DNA of 56,070 bases, taken from the IMG/VR virus record IMGVR_UViG_3300021197_001081, positions 1 to 56,070 of that record, one strand, 5' to 3'. Made by a program: the position numbers and the translations under genes. The stretch is from a virus. Its lineage: Duplodnaviria; Caudoviricetes. Every line of letters starts with the position of its first letter. Positions within the stretch are counted from its first letter, which is position 1. The notes under the pieces were generated by a model, which did no database searches, was not told where the DNA came from, and worked only from the letters and a program-made list of their open reading frames with translations. Shown piece by piece: positions 31,831-41,079 of the stretch.

Positions 31831-32159
31831 TTTATATATAAATTTAAATTAATCAGATCAAGATATTCATTAACATCAATTAACTGAAAGTCAGTTAAAG
31901 TTAGCAGGCTTCCAGTGGTTTTTAAAATTTCTATGGCAAAATAAATTGACTCATTATTGTGCATCACAAAACCTCCAACCACGTATGTTGTAAATTTATT
32001 GTCTGGATATTCTGGTAAATTATTGTCTATGTAGTCTGATATTTTTATTTTCAAAAGTATATCATCAAGCTCAGACAATGAGTCGATGAAATCATCTTCA
32101 ACATCATATCTTCCAACACTCTCATCTTCAACCTTTATAAATCTCGGTTTTAAACCCAT
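31827..32159 (-). CDS. Acidic hypothetical protein
   Basis: 110 aa within the operon. Confidence 0.6.
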   Translation of the reverse strand: MGLKPRFIKVEDESVGRYDVEDDFIDSLSELDDILLKIKISDYIDNNLPEYPDNKFTTYVVGGFVMHNNESIYFAIEILKTTGSLLTLTDFQLIDVNEYLDLINLNLYIK

Positions 32160-32367
32160 TCTTTTTTAATTCTTTTATTCTATATTTTTGTAACTCCGAC
32201 AAAACTCCCTTTGGTTTTTTTATTTCAGAAAAAAGAACATCACATCCTGGAGGAAGCGCTATTAAATCAGGTATACCATTTTTATTTGTAAGTTTTAGTT
32301 TTATAACATAATAGCCCTCTGCTTCAAGCTCTTTAATTCTTTTGTTCTGTATCTGTTGCTCTGTCAT
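32128..32367 (-). CDS. VRR-NUC family nuclease (putative Holliday junction resolvase)
   Basis: EQQIQ...NGIPDL...FSEIKKPKGVLSELQ is the PD-(D/E)XK VRR-NUC signature. Confidence 0.85.
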   Translation of the reverse strand: MTEQQIQNKRIKELEAEGYYVIKLKLTNKNGIPDLIALPPGCDVLFSEIKKPKGVLSELQKYRIKELKKNGFKTEIYKG

Positions 32368-32482
32368 CCCATAAGTTGTTTTCTGTTAAATATGCTGGAT
32401 TCATCATTGGAATCCACATATTATAAGGCTCTCCAAATATCCAAATTGTTTGACAATATTCTCCTAATGTTTCTTCTGTCAT
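32333..32482 (-). CDS. Small hypothetical protein (49 aa)
   Basis: MTEETLGEYCQTIWIFG...; ATGA-coupled to the upstream gene. Not in the ORF track. Confidence 0.45.
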   Translation of the reverse strand: MTEETLGEYCQTIWIFGEPYNMWIPMMNPAYLTENNLWDDRATDTEQKN

Positions 32483-32667
32483 TTTTTTCCGTTTTGTTTC
32501 CAATCAATCCAAAATCCAACTGCAACCATAACGTGTAAAAATATAGACAAAGCGTATTCATATAGGTCATGCCAGGTGGCAAAGTGTAAATGTACGTGTC
32601 CAATTACCCAAAAAGGTATTGCCATTTGTTGACTGTACCAAATTAAAAAAAATTTTATAAACTTCAT
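32479..32667 (-). CDS. Small membrane protein
   Basis: 62 aa, two hydrophobic segments, ATGA overlap with the helicase stop. Confidence 0.55.
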   Translation of the reverse strand: MKFIKFFLIWYSQQMAIPFWVIGHVHLHFATWHDLYEYALSIFLHVMVAVGFWIDWKQNGKK

Positions 32668-33893
32668 AGCGACAATAAATCTCTTTTAAAATGTCTTAAT
32701 GTGTAATCCTTTTTCTTTGTAACCGCCTTGTATATGTCAGCTTCAATTCCTCCACGAGAAAATACCCAATACACATCATTCTCTAATCTTTCTTTAGTTG
32801 TCATACGATCCCTGGATTGCCAGTAACTGGTAGCTGAAAAATCTATATTGTAATAAACAAGAGCATCAGCTTTACGCAAACTAATTCCTTCTCTACCACT
32901 GACAATTTGTAGAGCTATAGTTTTATTAGTTTCATTAAACGTACTTAAATCTGTACATAAATCATCTCCGTAAACCTCTTTTAATGCATTCAACTCTTCT
33001 TTAAATTTATAAAATATACCGATTTTAGCATCAGCAAAGTTATCATGTATAAATTGTGCTTTACTTAAATCAATAATCATAGAGTTTCCTGATTCAAATT
33101 TTACAGTTCCTGAATACATTTGATGTAGCTTCATCATAAGTTTTACTGGAGTGTCGGCTAATATTACATCTTCACTTCCTTCAATAACTAAATGTTTTTT
33201 TAATTTATTTGTTAATTGATACGTCATCGGACTCATTTCCACCTCCAACACATGCTCTTTTGTATTAACTTTAAATCCAGCTTCTTTTTGAGTATAAGAA
33301 ATTGTATGTGGTTTCATTTTATCAATGATGGATTGTAGGCCATCAGAGTAATCGTTTATGTAAAGAGAATTGATTTTTCTTTGCTTAACATTTACGTATT
33401 GTTTAGAAAACTTATAAAAGTTTACATAATCACTAAATGGATGTTTACGAACTACTGAAACCTGGTGGTACATTTGACTAAATGATTCAGGTGTTGGTGT
33501 TCCAGATAAGAATATTACAAAAGGATTGTTTTCTAAGATCAAAGAACGTACTTGCATGGATCGTTTGTTTCTTTTTGGAAACGCTCCCATACCATGTGCC
33601 TCATCACAGATTACCATGTCCCAACCCTTCTGGTCTATTTTGTGTAGTGATTCGTAGTTAATAACTGTAATACTATAAGAAGGCTTAAGAAGTTTATAGT
33701 CATCTTGTATACTGCTAATGGCTTTTTTCTTAGTAATAAATAAAAGGTTAGAGACTGGCAAAAGCGCACTTACACCCAAGCTCGTGAGAGTTTTACCAGT
33801 TCTTACCTCCATCGCAAGATAAACAAATTTATCCTTTAGCAACAGAGGTTTAGCCTTATTAATTATTTCTTTTTGATAGTCTCTAAACTCCAT
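32664..33893 (-). CDS. Superfamily 2 (SNF2-like, DEAH) helicase
   Basis: Q-motif FRDYQ, Walker A MEVRTGKT, DEAH, LSGTP, GREGISL, YWQSRDR. Likely start is MEFRDYQ. Confidence 0.9.
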   Translation of the reverse strand: MEFRDYQKEIINKAKPLLLKDKFVYLAMEVRTGKTLTSLGVSALLPVSNLLFITKKKAISSIQDDYKLLKPSYSITVINYESLHKIDQKGWDMVICDEAHGMGAFPKRNKRSMQVRSLILENNPFVIFLSGTPTPESFSQMYHQVSVVRKHPFSDYVNFYKFSKQYVNVKQRKINSLYINDYSDGLQSIIDKMKPHTISYTQKEAGFKVNTKEHVLEVEMSPMTYQLTNKLKKHLVIEGSEDVILADTPVKLMMKLHQMYSGTVKFESGNSMIIDLSKAQFIHDNFADAKIGIFYKFKEELNALKEVYGDDLCTDLSTFNETNKTIALQIVSGREGISLRKADALVYYNIDFSATSYWQSRDRMTTKERLENDVYWVFSRGGIEADIYKAVTKKKDYTLRHFKRDLLSL

Positions 33894-33894
33894 A

Positions 33895-36306
33895 TTAAAA
33901 ATCAAAATTTCCGTTAGTTTCTAATTCATGTTTGCTTCTAAAACGAATCCACCTTCCATGTTCATCTCTATCAGCTTCAGGCTTACAATCATATTTGTAT
34001 AAAGAATAGGCCACTAACCATTTATAAAATTTTGTTCTTGATACAGTCATTTTTGATTTAGGCGCAAAGTCAGGGTTGTCTTCTACAAAATCCAAATACA
34101 AATCGTTTTTATAAACCTTGTAGTTTTTCTTTAATTTTTGATTAGTATTATTAGTTCCAATCACACCACACCATTCTAAAAACTCATGGCAGGTTTCTGC
34201 AGACAACTGTCTTATTTTAAGATTTACAAATTTAGATTTTATCAATCCATGCATCATGTATTGTTGTAAACATCCTATCATATAATTATCAAACTGACAC
34301 CATTCATCATCATCCCACTCTCCAAACATAAGTTTACCAAACTCTTTTAGTGGAGTCAAATCTTTTGTATAGTGTTGAGCTAACTCAAGCTCCCATTTTC
34401 TTCTTTCAAATGAAGATCCCTTTCCTTTAATAGCGTAGTTCGTAGTTATTGCTACTTTTGGGGATTTGCTAAATGGTATTTTTATTGCATCCTTATTTTT
34501 CTTTTCAAGTGTAAGACCTTCTGTTACCACGCTAAATAATCTTTCAAAATCAAAATGTTTTTTGACGTCATCAAAGCACAGAATTTGAGTGTCTGCAGAA
34601 ACAAGTTGGTATGCAAAGCTCTTTTCAAAATTAAATGATTTACCATCAATTACAACTAACTTTTTCATATGCCCTAAAGCACTCATAAATAATCCTTTTC
34701 CAGTACCGCCTTCAGGGTTGTCTGATATTACCTCGTCATTTAAAATAGCGGCTGGGCAGTAGCTTAAGTTTTTCCAAGCATGTAGCAAATACCCTATTGT
34801 TGATTTCATTGATTTTGTTCTGCTTTCATCCTGACCACAAATGTTTGATATGAACTGCTGGTAGTCACATCCTTCTCCATCACATAGCTGAAAATTTCTA
34901 TCTATAACATGGTCTTTCCAAACATAACCACCTAAATCTAAGTAATCAATTTTAGTAATTTTATTATGTTTTACTTTTACAGCTCCATTTTTATAGTACA
35001 AATATGCTGTGTCTTTGTTGTCTTCAATAAAATAAACATCAATAGAGTTTAATAAAGTTAAAAACTCTTCCCTAAAATAACGTGTGTGTTCAGCGAAGTA
35101 ATTATAAACAGATAAATCATCTACCTCCAGCAAATAATTTAAAATAAAATCTTTGATTTCTTTTTCTGAGGTGTGGTCAATTAAATTGTTTGTGACCTTT
35201 ACAAACACATAATTTTTACTCCCTTCAGGATTAAATTTAAAGAAACCGTTTTCTTCTAAAAATTGTTTGAAAAGTATGTGAACTATTTTTATAACACCTT
35301 TGTCGTTTTTAGTCCAAAATTGATTGTTAGCGTTTTCTTGGTCTAATCTTGATAAAACATTTTCAATTGTGGTAGACTCTATATCAGAGTTCTCAAGCTC
35401 AACCCTGATATCTTTTTTTGCTACACCACGCTTTAATTTCATTCTAAGGTTATTTACCTTGTCTTCGTCTTCGTAATATTTAGTACCAAAATTATGTTTT
35501 TGAGCGTATGCACTTTGAATTGTTCTTTTAATCTCAGCTCTGTTAAAATTTTTAGTTTCGTAATTCATTAGCTGTGATTCAGCTAAAGACTGATATACAC
35601 CAAAATCATTAAACGCTGCAGCTAAAACATAAGCGTTATTATTTCTCTCTCCTTCATTCATGGGAAACTTTTTAGTCCACCACTTCACAAGAATCTCTAC
35701 AATTTTGTTTTCATCGGTTACAGGTATTGTTGGAATATCGTTATGTCTGTGAACCTCTGTGTACTGTTGTTCAATTATTTTATCCCACAAACTTGACTGT
35801 GCATTTATATAAATTAAGGGATCATATGACTCATAGCACACGCGTGAGACATTTTTACATGACTTGTCAAAGTAATCGCTGTCAAAATAATTTTGAAGGC
35901 TTAGAAAGTAATTTTTATGGTCTTCAGTTATTGGTGGAATTTTTACCAAAACTTTTAAACCATTACCACTGGGAGATATAAATACTGAGTAAACATATTT
36001 ATCTTTTGATAGTCGTTCTTTTTCCTGTAATAAATCTCTATTAGATTTATATCCATCAAAATCTAAACAAATAAAACCACTGTGTTCTTTTATTGAGTTA
36101 TCGTTTCTTTTTGAAAATTTACCACTAAAGCAAATAGCTGGTAACTTTTGTTTTAGGATGTTTCTATTGTCTTTGTCCTTCTCAGAACGAATCTTTTTTA
36201 CTATGTCTTTTGAGGCCCCTTCCTGAATCCTCGATAATACTAAATTAATGTTTCGGTAGAATGGTTGTGATGTTTGTTTAATATCTTTAAAAATAGTAAT
36301 GTCCAT
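33895..36306 (-). CDS. Primase-helicase (BT4734-like/VirE N-terminal primase domain, PriCT-like region, P-loop helicase)
   Basis: HSGFICLDFD and FISPSGNGLKVLVKI in the N-terminus, EGERNNN, Walker A GGTGKG, Walker B ILCFDD. Confidence 0.85.
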   Translation of the reverse strand: MDITIFKDIKQTSQPFYRNINLVLSRIQEGASKDIVKKIRSEKDKDNRNILKQKLPAICFSGKFSKRNDNSIKEHSGFICLDFDGYKSNRDLLQEKERLSKDKYVYSVFISPSGNGLKVLVKIPPITEDHKNYFLSLQNYFDSDYFDKSCKNVSRVCYESYDPLIYINAQSSLWDKIIEQQYTEVHRHNDIPTIPVTDENKIVEILVKWWTKKFPMNEGERNNNAYVLAAAFNDFGVYQSLAESQLMNYETKNFNRAEIKRTIQSAYAQKHNFGTKYYEDEDKVNNLRMKLKRGVAKKDIRVELENSDIESTTIENVLSRLDQENANNQFWTKNDKGVIKIVHILFKQFLEENGFFKFNPEGSKNYVFVKVTNNLIDHTSEKEIKDFILNYLLEVDDLSVYNYFAEHTRYFREEFLTLLNSIDVYFIEDNKDTAYLYYKNGAVKVKHNKITKIDYLDLGGYVWKDHVIDRNFQLCDGEGCDYQQFISNICGQDESRTKSMKSTIGYLLHAWKNLSYCPAAILNDEVISDNPEGGTGKGLFMSALGHMKKLVVIDGKSFNFEKSFAYQLVSADTQILCFDDVKKHFDFERLFSVVTEGLTLEKKNKDAIKIPFSKSPKVAITTNYAIKGKGSSFERRKWELELAQHYTKDLTPLKEFGKLMFGEWDDDEWCQFDNYMIGCLQQYMMHGLIKSKFVNLKIRQLSAETCHEFLEWCGVIGTNNTNQKLKKNYKVYKNDLYLDFVEDNPDFAPKSKMTVSRTKFYKWLVAYSLYKYDCKPEADRDEHGRWIRFRSKHELETNGNFDF

Positions 36307-36309
36307 TTT

Positions 36310-36478
36310 ATGTCGTTTTTATGTCGTTTTTAATTTATCTAACTCTTTGTTTATTAACTATTTACATTAATTAATGTCGATAATGTCAATAATATATAAA
36401 GAAGTATAGATGAATAATAGTTGATTTAATTTTTTTTTATATGGTTCTGCTGAACCTATTTTTTATGACATTTGTCAT
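36310..36478. repeat. ATGTCR iteron-like array 1, candidate replication origin
   Basis: ATGTCG at 36310, 36321 and 36374; ATGTCA at 36383; inverted TGACAT at 36466; AT-rich spacers. Confidence 0.55.
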
Positions 36479-36487
36479 TGTTAAGAG

Positions 36488-36509
36488 CAAAAGAAAGAGG
36501 GCAAAGCCC
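36488..36509 (-). terminator. Terminator-like hairpin after the SSB-like gene
   Basis: - strand GGGGGC-TTT-GCCCTC followed by TTTCTTTT. Confidence 0.55.
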
Positions 36510-36534
36510 CCTTACCTCTTGTCTTGTTCATTGA

Positions 36535-36795
36535 TTAAAATGGTAAATCAGGCTCTAAATGTGTCTTTGTTGCATTTTCTAATTGAGCTGTATTATCTTT
36601 TTTGTATGGCTCTTGCATCTTACACGAAAAATAAGTTTTACCACCTTTAGACGTTGTAACCCACGCAGACACTTGGAATTCATTTCCATTCATGTCTTTA
36701 CCATTACCATTGTAATGTGGCTGATTGTTGTCATCAGTTCTGTTTTCATTTTTAAATAGAGAAAAAGTCCCTGGCTTAATTTCATAATTACTCAT
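36535..36795 (-). CDS. Small single-stranded DNA-binding-like protein (DUF736-like)
   Basis: LFKN...PHYNG...VSAW...YFS and an SSB-type C-terminal DLPF tail. Confidence 0.7.
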   Translation of the reverse strand: MSNYEIKPGTFSLFKNENRTDDNNQPHYNGNGKDMNGNEFQVSAWVTTSKGGKTYFSCKMQEPYKKDNTAQLENATKTHLEPDLPF

Positions 36796-36797
36796 AA

Positions 36798-36980
36798 TTA
36801 ATTTATTTTAATGTTTCGTTCCATTAGGTTTAGTGTAGTCATCATAATTTCATTTTTATGTTCTACGCTGTTACAGGACAGTGGAACTTCTACCCACATA
36901 ACAGTTTTCTTTGGTGTCAACTTAAACAAACTATAAAGTCTGCCTATGTATGTACGAATGTATATCTTCAGTCGCTTCAT
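36798..36980 (-). CDS. Hypothetical protein
   Basis: 60 aa, fills the gap between exonuclease and SSB. Confidence 0.5.
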   Translation of the reverse strand: MKRLKIYIRTYIGRLYSLFKLTPKKTVMWVEVPLSCNSVEHKNEIMMTTLNLMERNIKIN

Positions 36981-37668
36981 CGCTAAAGTATTTTTGATAA
37001 ACTTCTACAGCTCTTTCTACCTTGTCAGCTCCACCTCTTAAAAAAGCATCAGAGCATTCAAAGATTCCTAATCTTGCAGTCAATTTATCTATTACTAAAA
37101 AAATAAGTGGTTTACCAAAAAGCCTTTGGTATATATAAGCTTGACTATCATAATTATAAGTTTTTGCACTGTACAAAAATTTATCGATATCAGAACTGGT
37201 TTTGATGTCAACCAGCAAACCTTTATTATGGTTTATAATATCAGCCTTACCCTTCCAATCTAAGCTCATTATCTTTTGAATCTCAGGAACTTCAAACTCA
37301 TTTCCATCATCATATATATAATCAAACATTTCCATATTTGATGTCATTTTAGTGCAAAGAAAATCTAAATGTTCTTGTTCTTTTTTAAGCAAAAGTATTT
37401 CTCCTTCGTTTATTGATTCTTTATAAATCTTAGTGTTTCTTGACGCCACATCAATTACATTAAACTCACTTAATTTTTGTGGTTCTAATATTTTGGTGTG
37501 AAAATATCTACCCTCAAGCATCGGCTTTGTCATTGTTTGACTTACTCTAAACTGGGTAGGATTCTTCAAAAGCTTGCCTATGTCAGAGTTTGATAAAAAT
37601 TGTTTACCAAACTCTCCATAGTATTTATCATCATCTTTTAACGCCTTTAATATAGATCCCTTATCCAT
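36931..37668 (-). CDS. PD-(D/E)XK exonuclease (RecE/exonuclease VIII-like, DUF3799)
   Basis: LSNSDI, GRYFHTKILEP, KGKADI, VDIKTS and YNYDSQAYIY motifs; adjacent to an annealing protein. Confidence 0.8.
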   Translation of the reverse strand: MDKGSILKALKDDDKYYGEFGKQFLSNSDIGKLLKNPTQFRVSQTMTKPMLEGRYFHTKILEPQKLSEFNVIDVASRNTKIYKESINEGEILLLKKEQEHLDFLCTKMTSNMEMFDYIYDDGNEFEVPEIQKIMSLDWKGKADIINHNKGLLVDIKTSSDIDKFLYSAKTYNYDSQAYIYQRLFGKPLIFLVIDKLTARLGIFECSDAFLRGGADKVERAVEVYQKYFSDEATEDIHSYIHRQTL

Positions 37669-38266
37669 TATTTATAGCTTTAGATATCTCTTTCTTAACT
37701 ATAGCTTTCATCTTGTATTTAGTTTGAAGATTTTCAGCAATCTTAGTCAAGCCTAAAGATTTATTAGAGGCTACGTATTTTAAAACTTTATCCCAATTAG
37801 CATCGCCAATATCTAAAGTTATTAAAGTTGCCTTAGATTCTTTCTTAGGCGGCTTTGCTGCCACATTAGTAGACTCTATTAAATCCTCTCCAGCATATAA
37901 ACTCAATCCTAATCCATGCATTGCAATAGCTTTTGCTGTAGCTCTTTGAATAGCTGTATTAACATCCATTGTAGTGATTTTGTCAATTCGTATAGAATTG
38001 TTTCTAAAATCTTTTATAGGAAGATAATCTATGTGTTCTAATTCATTAACTACAATTCCTACTTTTACATATCCAGTAACCCCATCAGTAAACCAGTTCA
38101 ATCCAGTCTCAGGAGATTCATAAACATTTCTTTGTGCATCTGCGTGTTCTAACTTTAAGTAAGCCCAAGCATTAGCCCATGATAAATAATCAAGGTTTCC
38201 CTTTTTTTCTACTTTACTTTTTACGTTGATACTTACCAACTTTTTGAAATAACTTTCTTTGCTCAT
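37661..38266 (-). CDS. Single-strand annealing protein (Sak-like, DUF1071)
   Basis: VEKKGNLDYLSWANAW and QRATAKAIAMHGLGLSLYAGED signatures. Confidence 0.85.
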   Translation of the reverse strand: MSKESYFKKLVSINVKSKVEKKGNLDYLSWANAWAYLKLEHADAQRNVYESPETGLNWFTDGVTGYVKVGIVVNELEHIDYLPIKDFRNNSIRIDKITTMDVNTAIQRATAKAIAMHGLGLSLYAGEDLIESTNVAAKPPKKESKATLITLDIGDANWDKVLKYVASNKSLGLTKIAENLQTKYKMKAIVKKEISKAINNG

Positions 38267-38267
38267 T

Positions 38268-38675
38268 CTATTTGATTTTAATTAATAATTGATTTAACTT
38301 TAATTTCAGCTCTGCATGTTTCTGCAGTGCTTTTTCTCTTTTGTTTTTTAAATTTTGAATATGCTTATCGTTTTTACGTGTATTAACTTCTTTTTTTATT
38401 CTCTCTTCAATTAACATAAGCTTGTGCTTACAGTTTTCTATGGAAAGAATTAAGCATCCAGTAGACCAGCCATTATACTTAAAAAAATCATACTCAAACT
38501 TGTTGCAAACTTTGTAATAAGAACCACCTTTACCTAAGTTCAGTATTTCTATCCTGTCATCAAATTTTTGAATCTTGACTCCATTATGTATAATACAAAT
38601 GCCCTTTGGCATTTCGCTTTTTACACTGTTGTTAGATTTAAAAGCTTGATTAAATATTTGCTCTAATGTATACAT
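38268..38675 (-). CDS. Hypothetical protein
   Basis: 135 aa with a C-terminal coiled coil. Confidence 0.6.
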   Translation of the reverse strand: MYTLEQIFNQAFKSNNSVKSEMPKGICIIHNGVKIQKFDDRIEILNLGKGGSYYKVCNKFEYDFFKYNGWSTGCLILSIENCKHKLMLIEERIKKEVNTRKNDKHIQNLKNKREKALQKHAELKLKLNQLLIKIK

Positions 38676-38676
38676 A

Positions 38677-38970
38677 CTACTGTTCTAAAATATCGTTAAT
38701 CATACGCTTAAAATCAGAGTCGCTGTCTACAAGCTCTCTTGCTTTTCTGTAGCTGTAAATTATATTTGAGTGTGTAACTTGATGACCATTTTCTTCCATA
38801 AATCTTTTAATGTATGAAACTCTCATAGGTCTTTCCATACACAGATAGTAAAGCAACTGTCTTGCGTCAACAATGTCTCTTCGTCTTGTTTTAGTAAACA
38901 TCTCGTCCAAGGTAAGATGAAACTTTTTAGCTATTGTAGTAGCATAAATATCAAAAATATCTTTTTTCAT
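38677..38970 (-). CDS. Second DnaA C-terminal-like HTH protein
   Basis: KTRRRDIVDARQLLYYLC...HSNIIYSYRK pattern. Confidence 0.7.
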   Translation of the reverse strand: MKKDIFDIYATTIAKKFHLTLDEMFTKTRRRDIVDARQLLYYLCMERPMRVSYIKRFMEENGHQVTHSNIIYSYRKARELVDSDSDFKRMINDILEQ

Positions 38971-39222
38971 TTATTTATTATTTAATTTGTTTAATTCAAA
39001 ATTCAAGTGATCTATAGCTTTTTGAATATCCTCATGAGGAGTCTCGTGTTTTTTATAGGCTCTCAAAATATAAGTACATGCTGTACCTAAATTGTAATTC
39101 AAATCAAAGTTTGTTACTACATCTATTGCAGTATAGTTTTTTTTACCATCGTAATAAGTTGGTGTGTCAACTTTTACTTCGTTTGTATTGGTGGTAGTCC
39201 AATGTTGTCTTTTTATTGCCAT
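38971..39222 (-). CDS. DUF3310-family protein
   Basis: PTYY...AIDVV...LNYNLGTACTYILRAYKKH...EDIQKAIDHL. Start moved to MAIKRQ at 39222. Confidence 0.75.
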   Translation of the reverse strand: MAIKRQHWTTTNTNEVKVDTPTYYDGKKNYTAIDVVTNFDLNYNLGTACTYILRAYKKHETPHEDIQKAIDHLNFELNKLNNK

Positions 39223-39236
39223 TAGGTTATGTTTTG

Positions 39237-39271
39237 TACCACAAAAACCCCCATGCGTAAACATGGAGGCT
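39237..39271 (-). promoter_or_regulatory. Hairpin plus UUUUUGUGGUA motif, copy 1 (terminator/attenuator-like)
   Basis: - strand AGCCTCCATG-TTTACG-CATGGGGGTT followed by TTTGTGGTA. Confidence 0.55.
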
Positions 39272-39297
39272 ATTGCTTGAATCAACTACAATTCAGA

Positions 39298-39411
39298 TTA
39301 AATGTTGAGTAACCAAGTTATAAACCTGTAGAATTGCCATCCAATTAGGATGGAAATTATGCCCATTACAGACCATACTGCAAGCTTTAAGTTTCTTTCG
39401 TCTCTATTCAT
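39298..39411 (-). CDS. Small single-pass membrane protein (37 aa)
   Basis: MNRDERNLKLAVWSVMGIISILIGWQFYRFITWLLNI. Not in the ORF track. Confidence 0.55.
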   Translation of the reverse strand: MNRDERNLKLAVWSVMGIISILIGWQFYRFITWLLNI

Positions 39412-39413
39412 AG

Positions 39414-39593
39414 TTAAATGCCTAAAGGATATTCGTCTTCATCAATTTCTTCGTGCTGGACTTCAATAACTTTTTCTTCGTCATCATGTCCATTTATTAT
39501 ATTAAAACACGTTGCCATGTGGATGGCGTGATTCATTCTAACAGGGTTGTCAGGGTTCAGGGATTCAAAAAATTTTCTTAATTCTACGCTCAT
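39414..39593 (-). CDS. Small acidic hypothetical protein (59 aa)
   Basis: MSVELRKFFESLNPDNP...; first gene after the promoter at 39622. Not in the ORF track. Confidence 0.6.
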   Translation of the reverse strand: MSVELRKFFESLNPDNPVRMNHAIHMATCFNIINGHDDEEKVIEVQHEEIDEDEYPLGI

Positions 39594-39614
39594 GATTTAA
39601 TTATATTTAGTTTG

Positions 39615-39646
39615 TAAAGATATTATAAATAATTAATAAAAACAAA
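39615..39646 (-). promoter_or_regulatory. Bacteroidota sigma-A type promoter for the replication arm
   Basis: - strand TTTG (-33), 20-nt spacer, TATCTTTA (-7 variant). Confidence 0.65.
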
Positions 39647-39688
39647 TAAAGATATGAAATCGTACCCAAAAAGATACGATATCATACC
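39640..39688 (-). terminator. Long hairpin terminator ending the early cassette
   Basis: - strand GGTATGA-T-ATCGTATC...GGTACGAT-T-TCATATC followed by a T-rich tail. Confidence 0.6.
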
Positions 39689-39701
39689 TAAAAAATGCTT
39701 G

Positions 39702-40304
39702 TTACGAATTAACAACAGAATTGGTTTCTAACACCATATCTATGAATTCTTTTATGTGTCTTTTCTCTGCATAATCATGCTCTTTCATAGCGTGTTCTAA
39801 CTCTTCTCTATCAGTTTCATCCTCGAAATTATAGTACAAGTTGTCCATCCAAGAATGAATGTCATCTTGGTATCTGTACTCATGATAAGTCATTTCTTGA
39901 TGGTCTGTTATTCCATGTTTGTCAAACTTAGCTATGCCAGCAAAATCCTCTCCACACTCTTCATACTCCATCTCAGCTGTTAAGCTGTAGTGTTGACATA
40001 TTTGTTTAACCAACCTTACTGGTGGACTCCATGCACTGTCTCCAGCAACAGTGAAAGTTTCTTCATCATCACATGGATAGTCATTTAGATTAAAGTCCCA
40101 CCAGCGTGTTCCGTAGTAGTAAAAATCCTTATACTTTTTCTCAAGCTCTTCTTGAGTAACTCCAATCTTACCCTTGTCAAGTACGAAGTCTCCAAACTCT
40201 AAAAAGTAATTGGTTTTATCATACTCCTTGAATTTGTTTCTTAGTTTTTTTAATGCAGCAGCGTTTCCATTAAACGTTACGTAATTCCAACAATTGTTTG
40301 CCAT
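39702..40304 (-). CDS. DUF1281/YubB ferredoxin-like domain protein
   Basis: MANNCWNYVTF, YGTRWWD, DSAWSPP and YEECGEDFAG motifs. Confidence 0.7.
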   Translation of the reverse strand: MANNCWNYVTFNGNAAALKKLRNKFKEYDKTNYFLEFGDFVLDKGKIGVTQEELEKKYKDFYYYGTRWWDFNLNDYPCDDEETFTVAGDSAWSPPVRLVKQICQHYSLTAEMEYEECGEDFAGIAKFDKHGITDHQEMTYHEYRYQDDIHSWMDNLYYNFEDETDREELEHAMKEHDYAEKRHIKEFIDMVLETNSVVNS

Positions 40305-40337
40305 TTTATTTAATTTAAGTTATGTGACTTATGTCGT

Positions 40338-40377
40338 GAATAGGGAGGAATCGAACCTCCCAAGCACCATGCTATTC
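40338..40377 (-). ncRNA. 40-nt tRNA-like element (acceptor stem plus T-arm, no anticodon arm), copy 1
   Basis: GAAUAG-CAUGGUGCUUG-GGAGG-UUCGAUU-CCUCC-CUAUUC-A. Confidence 0.65.
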
Positions 40378-40382
40378 TGTAA

Positions 40383-40748
40383 TTATTCTGCTGGTAGCAT
40401 CACTGTGATATTATTGTCCTCTACAACAATAGTACCTGTGTCTCCCCACTCTTCTCCTCTCCACTCAATTTCTCCAGTCAGCTTTAATCCCCATCCTTTA
40501 AAGATGTACTTGATTACGTACTCTAACCACTTTACGTACTCGTAGAATTTCTCTCCACCATCCCACTCTAAGCGATGTTCTCCGTTCTGCTCTATAATCT
40601 CCCACTGCAACCATATTGATGGCTTTCCGTTTGGCTGGTAGCCATCCTCGTGTCGCTGATTAGCAAACTTCTTATACGTTTCAACCATGTCCTTTGTCAA
40701 TGGTTTATCAAAATTTAAACTTCCTCTAAAATCTGTACTGTATCCCAT
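40383..40748 (-). CDS. Phage hypothetical protein
   Basis: 121 aa, Trp-rich, MGYSTDFRG...WDGGEKFYEYVKWLEY. Confidence 0.75.
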   Translation of the reverse strand: MGYSTDFRGSLNFDKPLTKDMVETYKKFANQRHEDGYQPNGKPSIWLQWEIIEQNGEHRLEWDGGEKFYEYVKWLEYVIKYIFKGWGLKLTGEIEWRGEEWGDTGTIVVEDNNITVMLPAE

Positions 40749-40750
40749 AT

Positions 40751-40984
40751 CTATTTATTTTTAATTATACTTCGATTAATAAACGTCACTATTGCATTCA
40801 GCTCGTGAATCTCATCACTACCTATTCTTTGACTCCAGTCCAGTATTCCTTTGACTGCAGCTCTGACTTCATTTAAGTCTCTGCGTAATGATTTTACTTT
40901 CTTTTGAGAATCTAAATAGTCTCCCATTAATTCAGTGATTCTGTTGAAATCTCTGTCTTTTTGTGTTTCTTGATAACTGCTCAT
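40751..40984 (-). CDS. Hypothetical early protein
   Basis: 77 aa with an A-rich start context. Confidence 0.65.
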   Translation of the reverse strand: MSSYQETQKDRDFNRITELMGDYLDSQKKVKSLRRDLNEVRAAVKGILDWSQRIGSDEIHELNAIVTFINRSIIKNK

Positions 40985-41003
40985 TGTATTAAATTTAAGT
41001 TAT

Positions 41004-41060
41004 GGCATTATTGCCTTTTACCACCAAAACCCCACTCCGTTTTGGAAGTGAGGCAGGTGT
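41004..41060 (-). promoter_or_regulatory. Hairpin plus UUUUGGUGGUA motif, copy 2, followed by a GGCAAUAAUGCC hairpin
   Basis: - strand GCCTCAC-T-TCC-AAAAC-GGA-GTGGGGT, then TTTGGTGGTA, AAA, GGCAATAATGCC. Confidence 0.55.
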
Positions 41061-41079
41061 GTTTAGGGATCAGTTGATT

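Noticed and set aside
39223-39285. N-terminal extension of ORF 38971..39285
   Set aside because: It runs through the hairpin-GUGGUA element; ATG 39222 is the more plausible start.
41016-41079. Twister or HDV-like/theta ribozyme in this gap
   Set aside because: The required pseudoknots and conserved cores could not be built by eye; only a long hairpin with a conserved tail is supported.
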